Shown here piece after piece: positions 11,001 to 23,020 of a stretch of DNA of 64,000 nucleotides. The stretch is from Blepharisma stoltei ATCC 30299 (lineage: Eukaryota; Protista; Ciliophora), in NCBI GenBank assembly GCA_965603825.1, contig CBFDEM010000050.1:310001-374000 (forward strand), given 5' to 3'. The notes under the pieces were generated by a model, which made no database searches, was not told the origin of the DNA, and saw only the letters and a program-made list of their open reading frames with translations. Position numbers and translations under genes: made by a program. Numbering within the stretch: position 1 is the stretch's first letter; each line of letters begins with the position of its first letter.

Positions 11001-14000
11001 AAAGGACGAGCGTTGTGGTCACTGCAAATATCTGTCAAATGATGGAGAAGCCTGTCACCTAAGTTCGTATTGAAACAATTAGAAATTACTTCTAAAAGTC
11101 TTGAAAAATTCTGTAATCGGGGCAAGCTAGGCAAGTTGGAATTTTTCGCTAAATCTAGTAAAATTGGCCTCAAACAAGCTTTTAGTTCATCTTGTGGAAG
11201 GATATGCCTACTATTTTCTTCCCTTTCCAGCAAGCTGATAATCCCTTCTTTGACTATATCAATCACTCTTTGGTCATTATGCTGACTCATAGCTCTCAAA
11301 AACTTAAAAGTTATCTTATACCTCATTTTTTCATATTTTTCATCTTTTTGCCTGATGAAGGCCCACATTTCTTCATTTTTCAATATAGTTTTCATGCATT
11401 CATACGCAGCAATCTTTTCATTTAACACCAAATCTGGGCTTTCATCTTTAGTTTTGTCCTTTTTCGGCTCTTTTTCTAAGAAATCGTCCGCTCTTTCAAC
11501 GAGTGTAAGGATGAAATTGTAAATGACTTGGTTCCCATCTTGCGATATCTTAATAATTCCTTTTTTCAAGCAGAATGTAAAGGCTTCTAATATAAGAGTT
11601 CTTACACTCACATGAGCAGTTTTTATGTTTTGCAGGAAAATCACATCAATTAATTGCTGTTGTAGAGAAATTTCAGGCTTATAAGGGCATAAGTTTGACG
11701 ATAATGCGTTATGGATTTTTCCAATGTCTTCGACATAATTGTTATCATCAATAAGCTGCCTTGCGATTTGCCTTAGAATTGGGGATCTTGAGAGCAAAGC
11801 TGATACAAGTTCTGTGACTATTGTTTCTTTTGAGCAATGAGTTGATGCCAAATTGAAAAGTTTGACGGATTCATCAGTGATTTGTGACTTGAAGTTTGAG
11901 GGGAAGCTCTGCAAAATATGTAAAGAAGTCTTCAGTATTAAAGTTGCGTGTGCTTGAATCAGCTGATGAGGGAACTTAGAAAACAGCCTACAAAGTCCTC
12001 CACAAGCTCCAACTTGCATGGTTCACTCCTGCTTATAACAAGTCCTTATGAGAACAAGCAGAACTTGTTTTACAGACTCACTTCTGCTCAGTGCTGCTTC
12101 ATCTTTATGCAGTAATTTTCCAATTGTGTTTAAAATATTTGTCAGTCCTCTCAGTGATGCCAAAAATCTTTCATCGCCTTTTTCTAAGTATGCTAATTTT
12201 TCACAAAGAATTTCTAGGATATCTAAAGGATTCATTCCAATTTCAACAGGCTCGCCTTCAACACTGATAAAAATTAGCATCCCAAAATGTATGCAAACTC
12301 TTTCATAAAGCTCACCAAGCTCTTCACTAGTCTCTGAAAACGCTAATAAAGAAATCAAAGCTTCTATTGAATTCCTCAAGGTCTCTTGAAATGCGATTTT
12401 ATGCAATTTAGGCTGTCCATCTACAACTTGGGCAATTTCTTCAATTTTTCCGCTCATCACGTAAGCTACTTTCATAGCTAGAAGCTTGTGATCAATTCTG
12501 AATTTGGATAATAGTGACAAAATGGCAACTGAAATTAGCTTACTTGCGGCTAAAACTGTTTTCTTTTGGTTTTCGTCCACATTGGTTTTCGCTTTGAATG
12601 CTTTGGCGATTTTCAAAATTATATAGTCAAGAGGAATTTTGAGTGCAGACGCATTTTGATCGTAATAAATAGAAAAGTGGAAAGTATAGACTGAAGAGTT
12701 CCCAGGGGAAAGAGGAGATAATGGAGCGCTCCAGCTTTTAAAAGTGATCGCTTGGCGGCATTCTCTGACGCTTCTTCCCAGTTTTCCAAGAATTTTCATA
12801 ATTTCAAGATTGTAGCTTACATGTGACTTGTGCAGCAGCTCATATAGTCTTTTTAACAGCTCTGGGGTAATTTGGATCCTGCCAAGATTTTCGTCAATTA
12901 ATAAGCAAGCTTGTGTGATTTTTTCTGAACTTGAGCTGAATAGCCCCTGGAAAATCACATGGGAAGGAGGAAATGGAAGTAATAAAGGATCTTGCTGCTG
13001 TATCCATGGTGTTGAAAGCTCATACCTCAACTCTTTGTTCTTAAATACGATAGTAATGCAGTTTCTTGCTAGAACCACAAACTTCGAAATAGTTTCTGTT
13101 TTGCATAAATCTTCGCACTTCTGGACGAGTTTTTTGCCATGCATTTCGAGTACTTCGTAATTTAAGGTCAGCTCCAAAAAGCTCCATAAACGTTTTCTTA
13201 TAGCATTTTTATCAATATTTGGAGGCATTTCTGTCTTTGCAAGCCAATAGAGGTGGAATAGCTTCGCTTCACCCATAGGAGAGTTTGGCTCTAAAATATC
13301 AAGGTTATCAATAACGAAAGGCATAAGAACATCTCCCATTGCTCTCATAGAGTCGCGGGAGCTTCTTTTTATGCTGTCAAAGAATTTTGTAATTATTTGT
13401 GCAGATTCTACATATTTTAAGAAAAGAATTGGTGTTAAGGCTTGTAAAATATCTTGAAGAGCTATTGGATGGAAGCTGCTGAAGAGCTGGGATATGGTTT
13501 CGTAGATGTTATATTCTTCTCGGTCAGCTCTCATTTCTGAATAAATTTTAGAAGAAATGATAAGGTTTTTAAAGATTTTGGTGATTAAGCGCACAGTCGG
13601 GTAGTCTTGGAGGATTGAGACTTGGCCGCTGCCTGCTGCTGGCATATAAAGCTTTTCATTGATGACACTTCTTGCTAAATCTGACAGTCTTTTTAGAATC
13701 CCACAGACTTCATGGACAATTTGATTAGTTCGGGTGTTATTTAGTCTGTTTTCTTTGATTTGTGGCATATTTTCTTCAATGACTCCTCTGCAGTATCCTA
13801 GCCTTTTGCTCACTGTCAGCAAAATCATTTGGTACATGGAATCTACGATTTGCAAATTTCTATCCCTTCCTACTCGCTGGCTGTCTTTCAAAGCTCTGAT
13901 GCTGTCCAAAAAGCTTTTCAGCACATTTAATGACTGTACCACCAATAGTGGAAACATATGGATATTTCTACATATAAGTGCTGTCGCTTTCGAGAGCTGC

Positions 14001-15028
14001 TCTGAGGTCATTTCTTGTTTGAAAATTTCTAAAAATTCGAGCATTGCCCCGTATCAAGCTGATCTGATGCTATTTGCTGTTGCGTTTGGTTCATTGTCTT
14101 CGAGCATACTGTCGATATGCCTTGAGAAGCCTTTTCTGTGATTTGATTTAATTATTTCAGAAAAGCCTTGGAAAAGGTCTTTTTTAATATTATAAGAATC
14201 TGACGGCAATGTCCTCATCATTTTTATAATTGACTGAGGCAGCCTGTCATCATATTGTTTGAATTCTTCATAAAATCTCTCAGATCTGGAAAATTGAGCT
14301 ACAAAAATCAATATTTTTGTTTTGCATAAGATGTAGTCATTATAGACTTTCACGTTTCTGTTGAGATTTTCAGGCTCATCCCTGCACACGATTTCAAAAG
14401 CATAAGTAATGAAATCTTTTATATTCACAAGCCTTTGAAAGTGATGATACAGCGATGTAATTCCATTCCCACACTCTATCAGCACTTTTAACGACTGGTT
14501 TCTCGCTAGCAATGACCCAGCTTGGTATTTTTTGTCAAGCGCTCTAGTACAGATATCAGCAGACTCTTTGAACATTTTTTCGGCATACTTGATAAATTTG
14601 GAAATGTAGGCCTCACTGACGATGTCTTTGAAAGTTCGAGTGAGGTCTATGAACAGCTTGATTGCAATGCAAGCATTGTCTTCGTTGTCCTGGTTCATGA
14701 CTTCTTCAGCGATCTTGAAAAGCTGATTGTAATAATTGCGAATTGATTCCAAATTAGGGCACTTTACGACAATTTCCAAAATGTTTTGTCTTGCTGTGTT
14801 TTCTGCGCCTTCGTTAAATTGAGGCGGGATTTTATGCAAAACTTCAAGAAGTTCAGGAATTAGTTGCGCCAGATAGTTTGGCTGCTCGTTTGCGTAATAC
14901 ACGCATCTCTCGAGAAAGTCTTTTATTTCGTTGACTATTTCAGGGATGTCTGATCCTGTTGCTGCTTTTAGTTTTTCTCTTAAGATCTCGAAGCGTCTAT
15001 TACGAGTGCTATTGGGGTCTTCAGACAT
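5033..15028 (-). CDS. TRRAP: TRRAP/Tra1-like PIKK-family pseudokinase, 3331 aa (five UGA=Trp codons)
   Basis: Six ORF-track pieces are all in one frame, separated only by TGA (14054, 12023, 10592, 9647, 7691, 7259 are the piece ends on the track side; linkers checked and stop-free). Tra1-like N-terminus (DNEDNACIAIKLFIDL), LRPILLDL, FAT-like region (WIPQLL, PQSLFYHLR), degenerate PI3K-like domain (LTIRGSNGKDYTF, VRLTPNI), short FATC-like end (LKWF-TAG). Confidence 0.88.
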
Positions 15029-15424
15029 TTATTATTATAATAATTTATTAAATATGAAAATTTTTGATAATAAATGAGGAAAAGGAGGAAAGTGATAATA
15101 AAATGACTTTTAGCTTAAATGTTTTTATAAAGGGTGCATTGTGAAAGATACTGAGAAAGATAAAATGAAAGATGAATTTCTTTATATAAATAAAGTTTGC
15201 AAATATTTATGTGAAAAAGAAAAGCACTATATCTTATCTTCACAAGGAAATAAGAAAAAAATGAAATGCAAATGGAGGTGAAAATCAAAATAAAGCAGCA
15301 GATTATAGGGATAGCAAAATAAAATAAATAAAAATTGAAGTAAATCAAATTAAGCATAGCAATATTAGTGCTTTTTGACTTTGATCTCTATATATATCTC
15401 CCCACCTAAAAATCGGATAGTTAT

Positions 15425-15497
15425 GCCTCTATAGCTCAGTTGGCAGAGCATTAGTTTCGTAAACTAAAGGTCTCCGGTTCAAACCCGGGTGGGGGCT
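15425..15497 (+). tRNA. tRNA-Thr (anticodon CGT)
   Basis: Cloverleaf: acceptor GCCTCTA/TGGGGGC, D arm GCTC-AGTTGGCA-GAGC, anticodon arm TTAGT-TTCGTAA-ACTAA, T arm TCCGG-TTCAAAC-CCGGG. Confidence 0.93.
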
Positions 15498-15498
15498 G

Positions 15499-15505
15499 TT
15501 TTTTA
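15499..15505 (+). terminator. RNA polymerase III oligo-T terminator
   Basis: Run of 7 T immediately after the tRNA discriminator base. Confidence 0.75.
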
Positions 15506-15581
15506 TAAACTTAAATTCCATCCCTTTTATTCTTTATTTGTTTAACTCTCACCAAATAATTCTAAATTACTTAATATTCAT

Positions 15582-16313
15582 CTATTTCCTGGGATAAGGA
15601 TGCTCATAATCATTAGTCCCCCCATACTCCATCAAAAGTTGGTCTGGAGAAAAATGATCCCTTAAGCCGTTGATATTTCTTAATACATGGACTTTATTTC
15701 TCGTTTTCTTTTGAAGCATTGGCTTAACAGCTTGATACATTAACCAATATATCCAATTCACATGCAAAACATACAAAGCCCCTAATCTCTCAGCATAATA
15801 GTCTTGTAGCATCCCCGAAAGCCTTTTCATAGTCCCTATCAGTTCTGGGTCTCTGTTGGCTTCTGTCATCTGCCCTCTATCATAAATCACACAAATTTGC
15901 CCATTCCCTGATTCGTCAGCAAGCCTAATCCCAATTTCTACCAAATAAATGCAATATCTGATCATGTTATCCATTGGAAACTGACCAGGCCAGTGAAATC
16001 TAGTCCTAACAATCAAGCATGGTCTGCCTTGATTGTCATGGCCATGCCAGAAAGCTTGTCCCGTTTCAATCTGAGGCATGACTTCAAGTTCAGTGATTTC
16101 GTCCGCTCTATATGATTTTCTCCATTCCATTCAATGTCTCCACATTTCTAAGGCGTTGTCAACTTTCATTTCCCTTGCCCTCAAAAACCGTATCAAAGCT
16201 TCAGGATCTAGATATTTTTCGTCCTCAGAGGATGTAATAAGCTCATTAGCTCTTGAATACAAGACCTCGTAAGGGATTTCTTCTTCTTCTTTGATATGAA
16301 TGCGAGACTCCAT
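15582..16313 (-). CDS. CRAL-TRIO/Sec14-like lipid-binding protein, 243 aa (one UGA=Trp)
   Basis: LIRFLRAREMKVDNALEM (CRAL-TRIO N), GHDNQGRP, LQDYYAERLG, LLMEYGG; the two track ORFs join in frame across TGA 16131; TAG stop. Confidence 0.92.
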
Positions 16314-16328
16314 TTAATTAGACTAAGG

Positions 16329-17786
16329 CTATTTTAAAAATAAACAAAGGATGGCACTTATTGAGCATCAGAAAGCAGACACTTTTAAAGCCCATATGTT
16401 ATCGTCAACTTCAGGGAAAAAAGCTAAAATTGTGGGGACGATACAGAGAACTGTGATTTCGCTGAGGGAGCCACTTCAGAGTAAAAGCTTTTCCCATTGT
16501 GGGATGTATTCAGGAGGAAGATGCAAAGCATTGCTTTTTTGGTTTTTTTGGCTTGGGCAGTCTTTGGAAAGATGAGGAAATGATATTATTGGGCATAGTT
16601 TTGAATAGGTTTTGTCGAGTAGAGGAGAAAGATGTTGAGGAATCACTTGGATAGTAGCAAAAATCAAGCTGCAGAATGGAATCAAAGCATATAGATAAAT
16701 ATTGCTGTTAAGCAGTAAACCTAGTGTTAGAGAAGCAGTGCATACAATGCAAGATATAGATCAAATAAGACTTTCTGAAATAAGCGAACTATGCCTGATG
16801 TATTTAATGAGCTGCGAAAATATTAATGCAAAAAAACTCAAAAGGAGCATATCAGATGCACCCCATGAAACACCGATTTCAAATTCTCTATGGTGAATCA
16901 AATACTTTGCACCTCTTGAATTTTCGTTTAAAAGTGATATTGTTACCCATGAAGTTGTGTAAATTGAAATTAAGAAATAGCTTCCATAAGAAAAATAATA
17001 GGCAAGTAGGAAAAGTTTTATTTTGAGAGGAGACATAAAAAATAAGCTAAGTGAAGTAATCGAGCATTTTTCAGGGTTATATCGGTAGTTATATGGAATA
17101 TTCATAATTCCTGGCAAAATCAAGCAGAAAATTACCATATAAATAAAAGCTGAAAATCCAAAAGAAAATGCTAAATTGTCACCTACAGCATAATAGGTAT
17201 ACAGACTATAAGTTTCGAAAATATCTAGCGATGCAAACAAAAACCCTATTATCCTTCCACCTTTTTTCCAATTAAAAATCCAAAAATCAATATCATTTAC
17301 TTCTGAGTTAGAATGATGAATAATTTCAATCAATAAATCATTTATCATTAAATACCCTAAATCCATAAAGATAAAGCCAATAAGCCCTAGTATTAGAGCT
17401 AAATTTTTTGCATTTTTATTAGTTTCGACATCTTCTTCGAAATATCATTGACTTAATGACCCAGCAAATATAAAAATTAGTGTCCCGAGCAAACTTTGTA
17501 AGCAAAGATAAGATAGAATTCGGTTCCTTCGTTGCTCAAACTTTTGCTTGTTTGAATAAATATATTGAGAGCGGATAGGATTTAATAATAACCTAAAAAA
17601 TGAAGGAAATAGCCAAATCATAGCGCTTAGATAGGAATTAGTGCCAAGCCTCAAGAAATAAGGAGAAATGAACACATTTTCTAAGGCATATCCGAATTCA
17701 ATACAAGCAATAAAAATGCTTTGAAAATATAGAGGGGATTGAGTTTTTGGGGTATTTGTAGTTATAGGAGTAGTTTCTTCGTCCAT
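16329..17786 (-). CDS. MFS transporter, SLC45/sucrose-H+ symporter (GPH)-like, 485 aa
   Basis: IEFGYALENVFISPYFLRLG...MIWLFP...LNP matches the SLC45/SUC N-terminal signature. Multiple hydrophobic segments; one frame through four TGA codons (17445, 16761, 16476, ~16368) to TAG at 16329-16331. Confidence 0.75.
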
Positions 17787-18506
17787 TTTATAATATTAAA
17801 CACAGGAAAGGACATATCAAAATTGAATTTGAGAAACATATAAACAGAGTTGAGGCATTTTTTTGTTTAAAAGATCATATTATGATTAAGCAAATCTGCA
17901 AAGAGACAATAATTTAATTTTAATAGCTAATATTACTATAATTTAATAGATTGCGAGAAAGATATTATATCAAAATAAGTCGATTATTTAAAACTAAAAA
18001 TAAAATTTTAAATATAGATGCTACTCTGATTTGAGTAATCATATCTAGACTAATTAAATTTAATTTCAAAATAATCAGCCCACATGAAAACAAAAGAAAA
18101 GTCGAGGAGAATTCTCAAAAGCTTAGCGCCAATTTTAGCAAACTTTTGCAGCTTGAACTAGATTGGCGTGTATAAAAAATTTCGACATAAGCACTGCTAT
18201 TTTGGAGCAGCAGAATCAAGCCAAGTTGAGAATAAAATTAGAGCTTTAGGCATTCTAAGATAATTCACTTCTAAAGCACTAGCAAAATAGAAAAAAATTA
18301 AGGATCAGACCTGTTACTCCTTTTAATTAAATAAAATGGTGTCCACAACTTTCGAGAAGTTAACTAATTTTATTTGACATATGGAAGTCTATATCCTTAA
18401 TTGATTTATTGACTATCTTATTAATTAAGCTATTTTTTATTAAATTTTAATAGTATATTTATTTCCATGTTATAACTCTAAAAATTGCGTTTATAATAAA
18501 TTCTTA

Positions 18507-21500
18507 TTAAATGTGTAATTTATTTCCTTTTAACAGCTGATTATCTGGTTCAGATGGTTTACTTACAATTTTCCCTGGAATCATGTTTGAAATTTTTTGC
18601 ATTTTATTCATTTTTTTTCGTTCTCCTTTCAAAAAAGGAACATAAAATCCAGCATAAAGGAAAACTGACCCCAATGCATAAAAAACTAAAGCAATAATAA
18701 TCATTCTTACCTCATTTTGTATGCTGTCGTAAGATTCTTGATCAGCTAAGCTAATTAAAGTATCATGCTCATTATTAATATCTTCTAAAGTCAGCATCAA
18801 ATTAATAAATATATTAAACGCATCAAGATCTCCAGAATAATCTAGATAATAAGTCTCAAAAATAACTAAATTTCCTGCTGCATAGGTTCCATAAGACAAT
18901 ATAGGATTTGAGAGGCTTAATGTTTCATAAAACTGCACAAGAAAATCTGAAGATAAAAAATCCAAATATTTATTTTTCCTTATTAGCTGTTTTGAGCAGT
19001 TTATTTTTGATATTTCTCTGTTAATAATAATATTATAGTCACTGAATAAGTATTGCTGAGGTGTTAATGCACTTAAAGAAGCTGGTGAATATCTTGCTAA
19101 AGTTTCGCCAGACCAAATGGACAAGCTTTTATATTGTAACTGAATATCTATCAACTCTCTCATAAACTCTGGCCTTAGTTTCAACAAATAAGCACAGTTT
19201 TGGTATAAGTAAGTATATTCCAATAAGAAGAAAAATAAAGAAAATAGAAAATAAACAATGACTCTTCAACTATAGATTCAGCGATCCTTAAAATCGCCAT
19301 TTTTGCTTGTCCGTCCACTTATAGCATCTGAATTATTATCTGTTTGCCCATGAATACTTATAAGTCGATCTAGACAAGATTGTTTGAGATCATAATAAAA
19401 TTCGTAGGCTTGACTTTTTATGTGATTTCAAAAAGTATTTTTCATAATGTCAGCTGCTAAATAAAAAATAATCATAACTCCAACGCAAATGCAAAGAATT
19501 GCAAAACCCGCAATTAAAAGCGTATTGATGTCACCTGATAAGTTGTCAACATGATTTATTTGGCAATCTACTAAATCATATAATGAAGCATTGCAATATT
19601 CAAATGTCCTTCCGTAACCATTTAAGGTAAAAAATGTGATTTCTTCATACACAGTTTTGTTGCTGTTATATTTATTGATAAAATCGTTTCCCTACATAAT
19701 ATATACATTTATTATAAATTCTTCCAAAGCAGATACAAGGTTCGTTTTGTCTAAAACAATTTTATCGTTATCAATTTTTCATAAATCAACTTCAGACCTA
19801 GAAAATATTTTTTGAGCTGAGCATTGAGTTCAGCTTGATAGATTCGCTAAAATGTCTTGATGGATATTTTTCAAATTTTTCATTTCACCATAAAAGCCAT
19901 TTAAAAATTCATTAAAAAGTTCTTTACTCGCAGAATCTCTTGCAAAAAAAATTATTCTTGCAAAATGAGAAACAGAAAGAAAGGATTTTGCAATATTCCC
20001 TAATGTATTTTGGACCTCTAAACTACTTGAAGAATTTACTTCGTCCACTGCATAAAATAAAACTGCTCCATTAGTCAATAAAACAACAAGCATAGAGATA
20101 ATTAAAATAATCTGGAAAATTTTCAATGATTTAACAGTCTTTTCCATAAGACTTTTTAGGACCTTTGAATTAGTAAAAATTATTGAGCTTTGAGAGCAAA
20201 CATTTGAAAGAATATCTTCATTTTTTTCTGTGTTGAGATTCTCAGTAAATTCAGTTGTTTCTCCAGTCTGTGTAATATCGTTTCTTGATAATGATTTTAG
20301 TCTTAAGGTTTCTCGAGTTGATTTATTTCTGAAATAATCAGAGCGGTTGTCAGTTTTTATTGAGCTACTTATTCTTAATAAAGGTGGGGTGTCTAATTCA
20401 TAGTCTTCAATTTGATCAGATTCTTGAATTTCTTCTGTGTCTCTGTGTTTTCACTTTTCAATTTCAATAGGGTCATTTACCAAAACAACATAATTTATTC
20501 TGATTGAGTTTATAACCTTGTAGCACAATACTAAATACGTTTCCGTTTCTATATTGCTTAGTTTATATGGTATAAAAGGGAGCAAAACCATTTTCTTTAA
20601 GACAGGAAAGAGTGCAGAGAGTTCGACGCCTTGTAAGCTGCTCATTCTTTTTCCTGCAAGCTTTGTAAAAAGACGTGAGTGCGCCACAATTTCGCCTGAT
20701 TCTGAAAGTAAAGCAACTTGATGATCCACAGGCCTTTCTCGAAATATAATCACAAGAGTAGACAAATCAGATAAAGAGGTTATAGAAGCACGAACATTGC
20801 ATTCTACAATATTTCTATTTGATAATTGTAAACAAATGCTAGAAGGAAGTTTCAATTCTGATTTAGAGCAATGATGTAGGTATTTGTACATGCTTTCATT
20901 AAAATCTTTATCTAATGGCGGAGGAATATACATTGAAATGCTATTTCCGATAATTGTATCAGAAGACTGCTTAAGAATAGCAGCTGCTTTTTGATTTGCA
21001 TATTGAATTTTTCCAAGGGTATTTTTTTCTCAGGAAGCTAAAATGATTCCATTATTGTCATCAAAAAAGTTTAGCCGTTTTTGGTCTTTTAGGGATATTT
21101 CTAATGATTTTTCCAATGAATTTCTTTTATTATTGAGAATCATTGCTTTATCAAAGTCCAGGATAATGCTTTGGAGCAAGGTTGAATATAGCAATAGAGT
21201 TTCTTTGCTTTTTGGGTAATTATTTATAAGAAATGTATACTCAATATGAAGAAGTTTCAAATTTTTTGAGATAGATCTCATCATATTATTCAATTTTTTA
21301 AGCTCTGGCTTAGTAGAAACTAATTCCCTTCAGAATGATTTCAAGACCATGCATAAGCTTTCATCAGCTGCTTTTGTTACTTGGATTTTATGAATATAAT
21401 GCAAAAACTTTGCATTTTCATCTATATTATATCCTAAATATGCTTTTGAGCAAACATATTCTTGATAGGAGCCTTCCAAATCGAAATCAGACATTTTAGC

Positions 21501-22790
21501 CTTTCCCAGCTTGATTTTTCCTAAAATCTCGTCGTTCAAAGAAAATGTGCAATAATTGGCTTCTCATACTGCCAGTAGCTTATTTCTATAAAGCTTTGTT
21601 TCTAGATAGCATTTAGAGAAAATATTTATTAGTGTTTCATTAATTTCTGTAGGATCCAAGCATAAAAAATATCTCAGATTGATTTCCAACTCATATGCAT
21701 TTTTTAATAGCTTAATATTCGTAGGTAACTTCTGTGCTGTTTTCATTTTGAAATTAATAATTGCATGAATTAGAATTAAACTTGATAAGGGAACGATTGT
21801 GATTGTTAGCATCACAATTACCATAGACTTATCTAGCATTTCCCCAAATAAGAATAAGAATGATATAGCTGTAATAATTCAATAACGAACTATAATCACA
21901 CAATTAGCAAATAGCGAGAAGTATGGGAAGTATTTAATTGACTCAATTAGCATAATTGCAGAGTAGATCATGACAATAATTTGAAAATAAATAGTTTTGT
22001 GTAAAGCCATAATAGCATATAAAATTGACAAAATAAAAGAAAATAAGACTGAATAACAGTCTATTTTTGAGTGTGCTTTTGATTTAAAGTCTTTATAAGC
22101 AATTGAATGTCTTATTTCTCCGGTAAACCCAGCATCAAACAATCCAAAAACAAAAGACAAAGCCAATAGAGGCAGAGCAAAGATTGAAGCAATAAAATTT
22201 GCTTGAAAATTACCTTGCTCATAACTATTGCTATATTCTGAAACATATTTTTCAGGGAAAATTCGATATTTCAATATTAAAATCAGTAAAGTAATAATTG
22301 GAATTTGGAAAAAATGAAGCCAAATGAAATTTATCTTTTTGAAAATTGCCAAAAATATTCTTGTAATTTTTATGGAGAAATATACTAGAAGCACTAAAAT
22401 CAAAAGATATGCGGTATTTACTAGAACTATAATAATCGAAATATAAATACAGTAATCCATTACTCCTAAAGCAGCACATCAATTATCAATTCTTAAATAG
22501 CCTAGATATTGCCAAAACCTTAAATTTTCTTTCCAGTTTGTAATAGATAAGTCTGGAATTCATAGTAAACTGATTGTTTGAAAACAAAAAATCAAATTAA
22601 TTACTATAAATTTTGACTTTTGGAAAAATTCAGATTTTTCTCTTGGATTTTGATTATAGTAAGAAATACGGTAAAGCTCGAACAGGGCTCATAATAATTT
22701 TTGAAAAAACTTTGGGGCTTTGATTTTTCTCAGATAAGAGCTCAATTCTTCGGTTTCATCCTTAATGTTGAATAGATATGAATCAGACAT
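18507..22790 (-). CDS. Multi-pass membrane protein with PAS-like domain (TmcB/TmcC-like family expanded in ciliates), ~1422 aa, one intron
   Basis: ATG 22790; all track fragments are in one frame through 13 TGA codons. N-terminal TM bundle, helical region, PAS-like GIILAS-W-EKNTLGKIQYANQKAAAIL...IIGNSISMYIPPP, further TM helices. The only in-frame TAG lies inside a 15-nt intron. Confidence 0.8.
19692..19706 (-). other. 15-nt spliceosomal intron
   Basis: GTATATATTATGTAG: GT..AG, 15 nt, A at position 10; removal eliminates the sole in-frame TAG (..FIIN^GNDF..). Matches heterotrich tiny introns. Confidence 0.88.
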
Positions 22791-22970
22791 TTATTGGCTA
22801 TTTATTAAAATTATTTTCTTAAAATATTCGTAGTTTTTATTTTATTTCATTTCAATCCACAAGTGAACTTTATTCTATTTATCAGCTAATAATATAAAGG
22901 CTTTACATAGAGAATAAAATTTTATTCTAAGAATATACTTAAACATAAATGAGATATACTTTAGATTTTA

Positions 22971-23020
22971 AAATATAATATATTGAATTAAACCTAATTT
23001 TAATTTGAATGTCCATTATC
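22971..23020 (-). promoter_or_regulatory. Conserved ~50-bp 3' flank of the giant-gene repeat unit (likely 3' UTR/3'-end signal)
   Basis: aaatataatatattgaattaaacctaattttaatttgaatgtccattatc recurs exactly at 37601-37650 and nearly at ~43532-43581 and ~56470-56519, each abutting a stop codon. Confidence 0.5.

Noticed and set aside
15115-15357. 80-aa hydrophobic ORF upstream of TRRAP
   Set aside because: F/I/Y/L-rich translation of a T-rich intergenic strand with no motif; likely spurious.
17787-18506. Unusually long 720-bp intergenic region with a short inverted repeat (cgccaat/attggcg, ~18127-18168)
   Set aside because: No convincing ORF, RNA structure or IES boundaries; the 7-bp arm is within chance.
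5033-22790. Fragmented ORFs as pseudogenes or operon-like clusters of small genes
   Set aside because: Fragments are in one frame separated only by TGA; they are intact genes under UGA=Trp.
3924-22790. Selenocysteine recoding of UGA
   Set aside because: TGA aligns with Trp rather than Cys, and occurs in many unrelated non-redox proteins.
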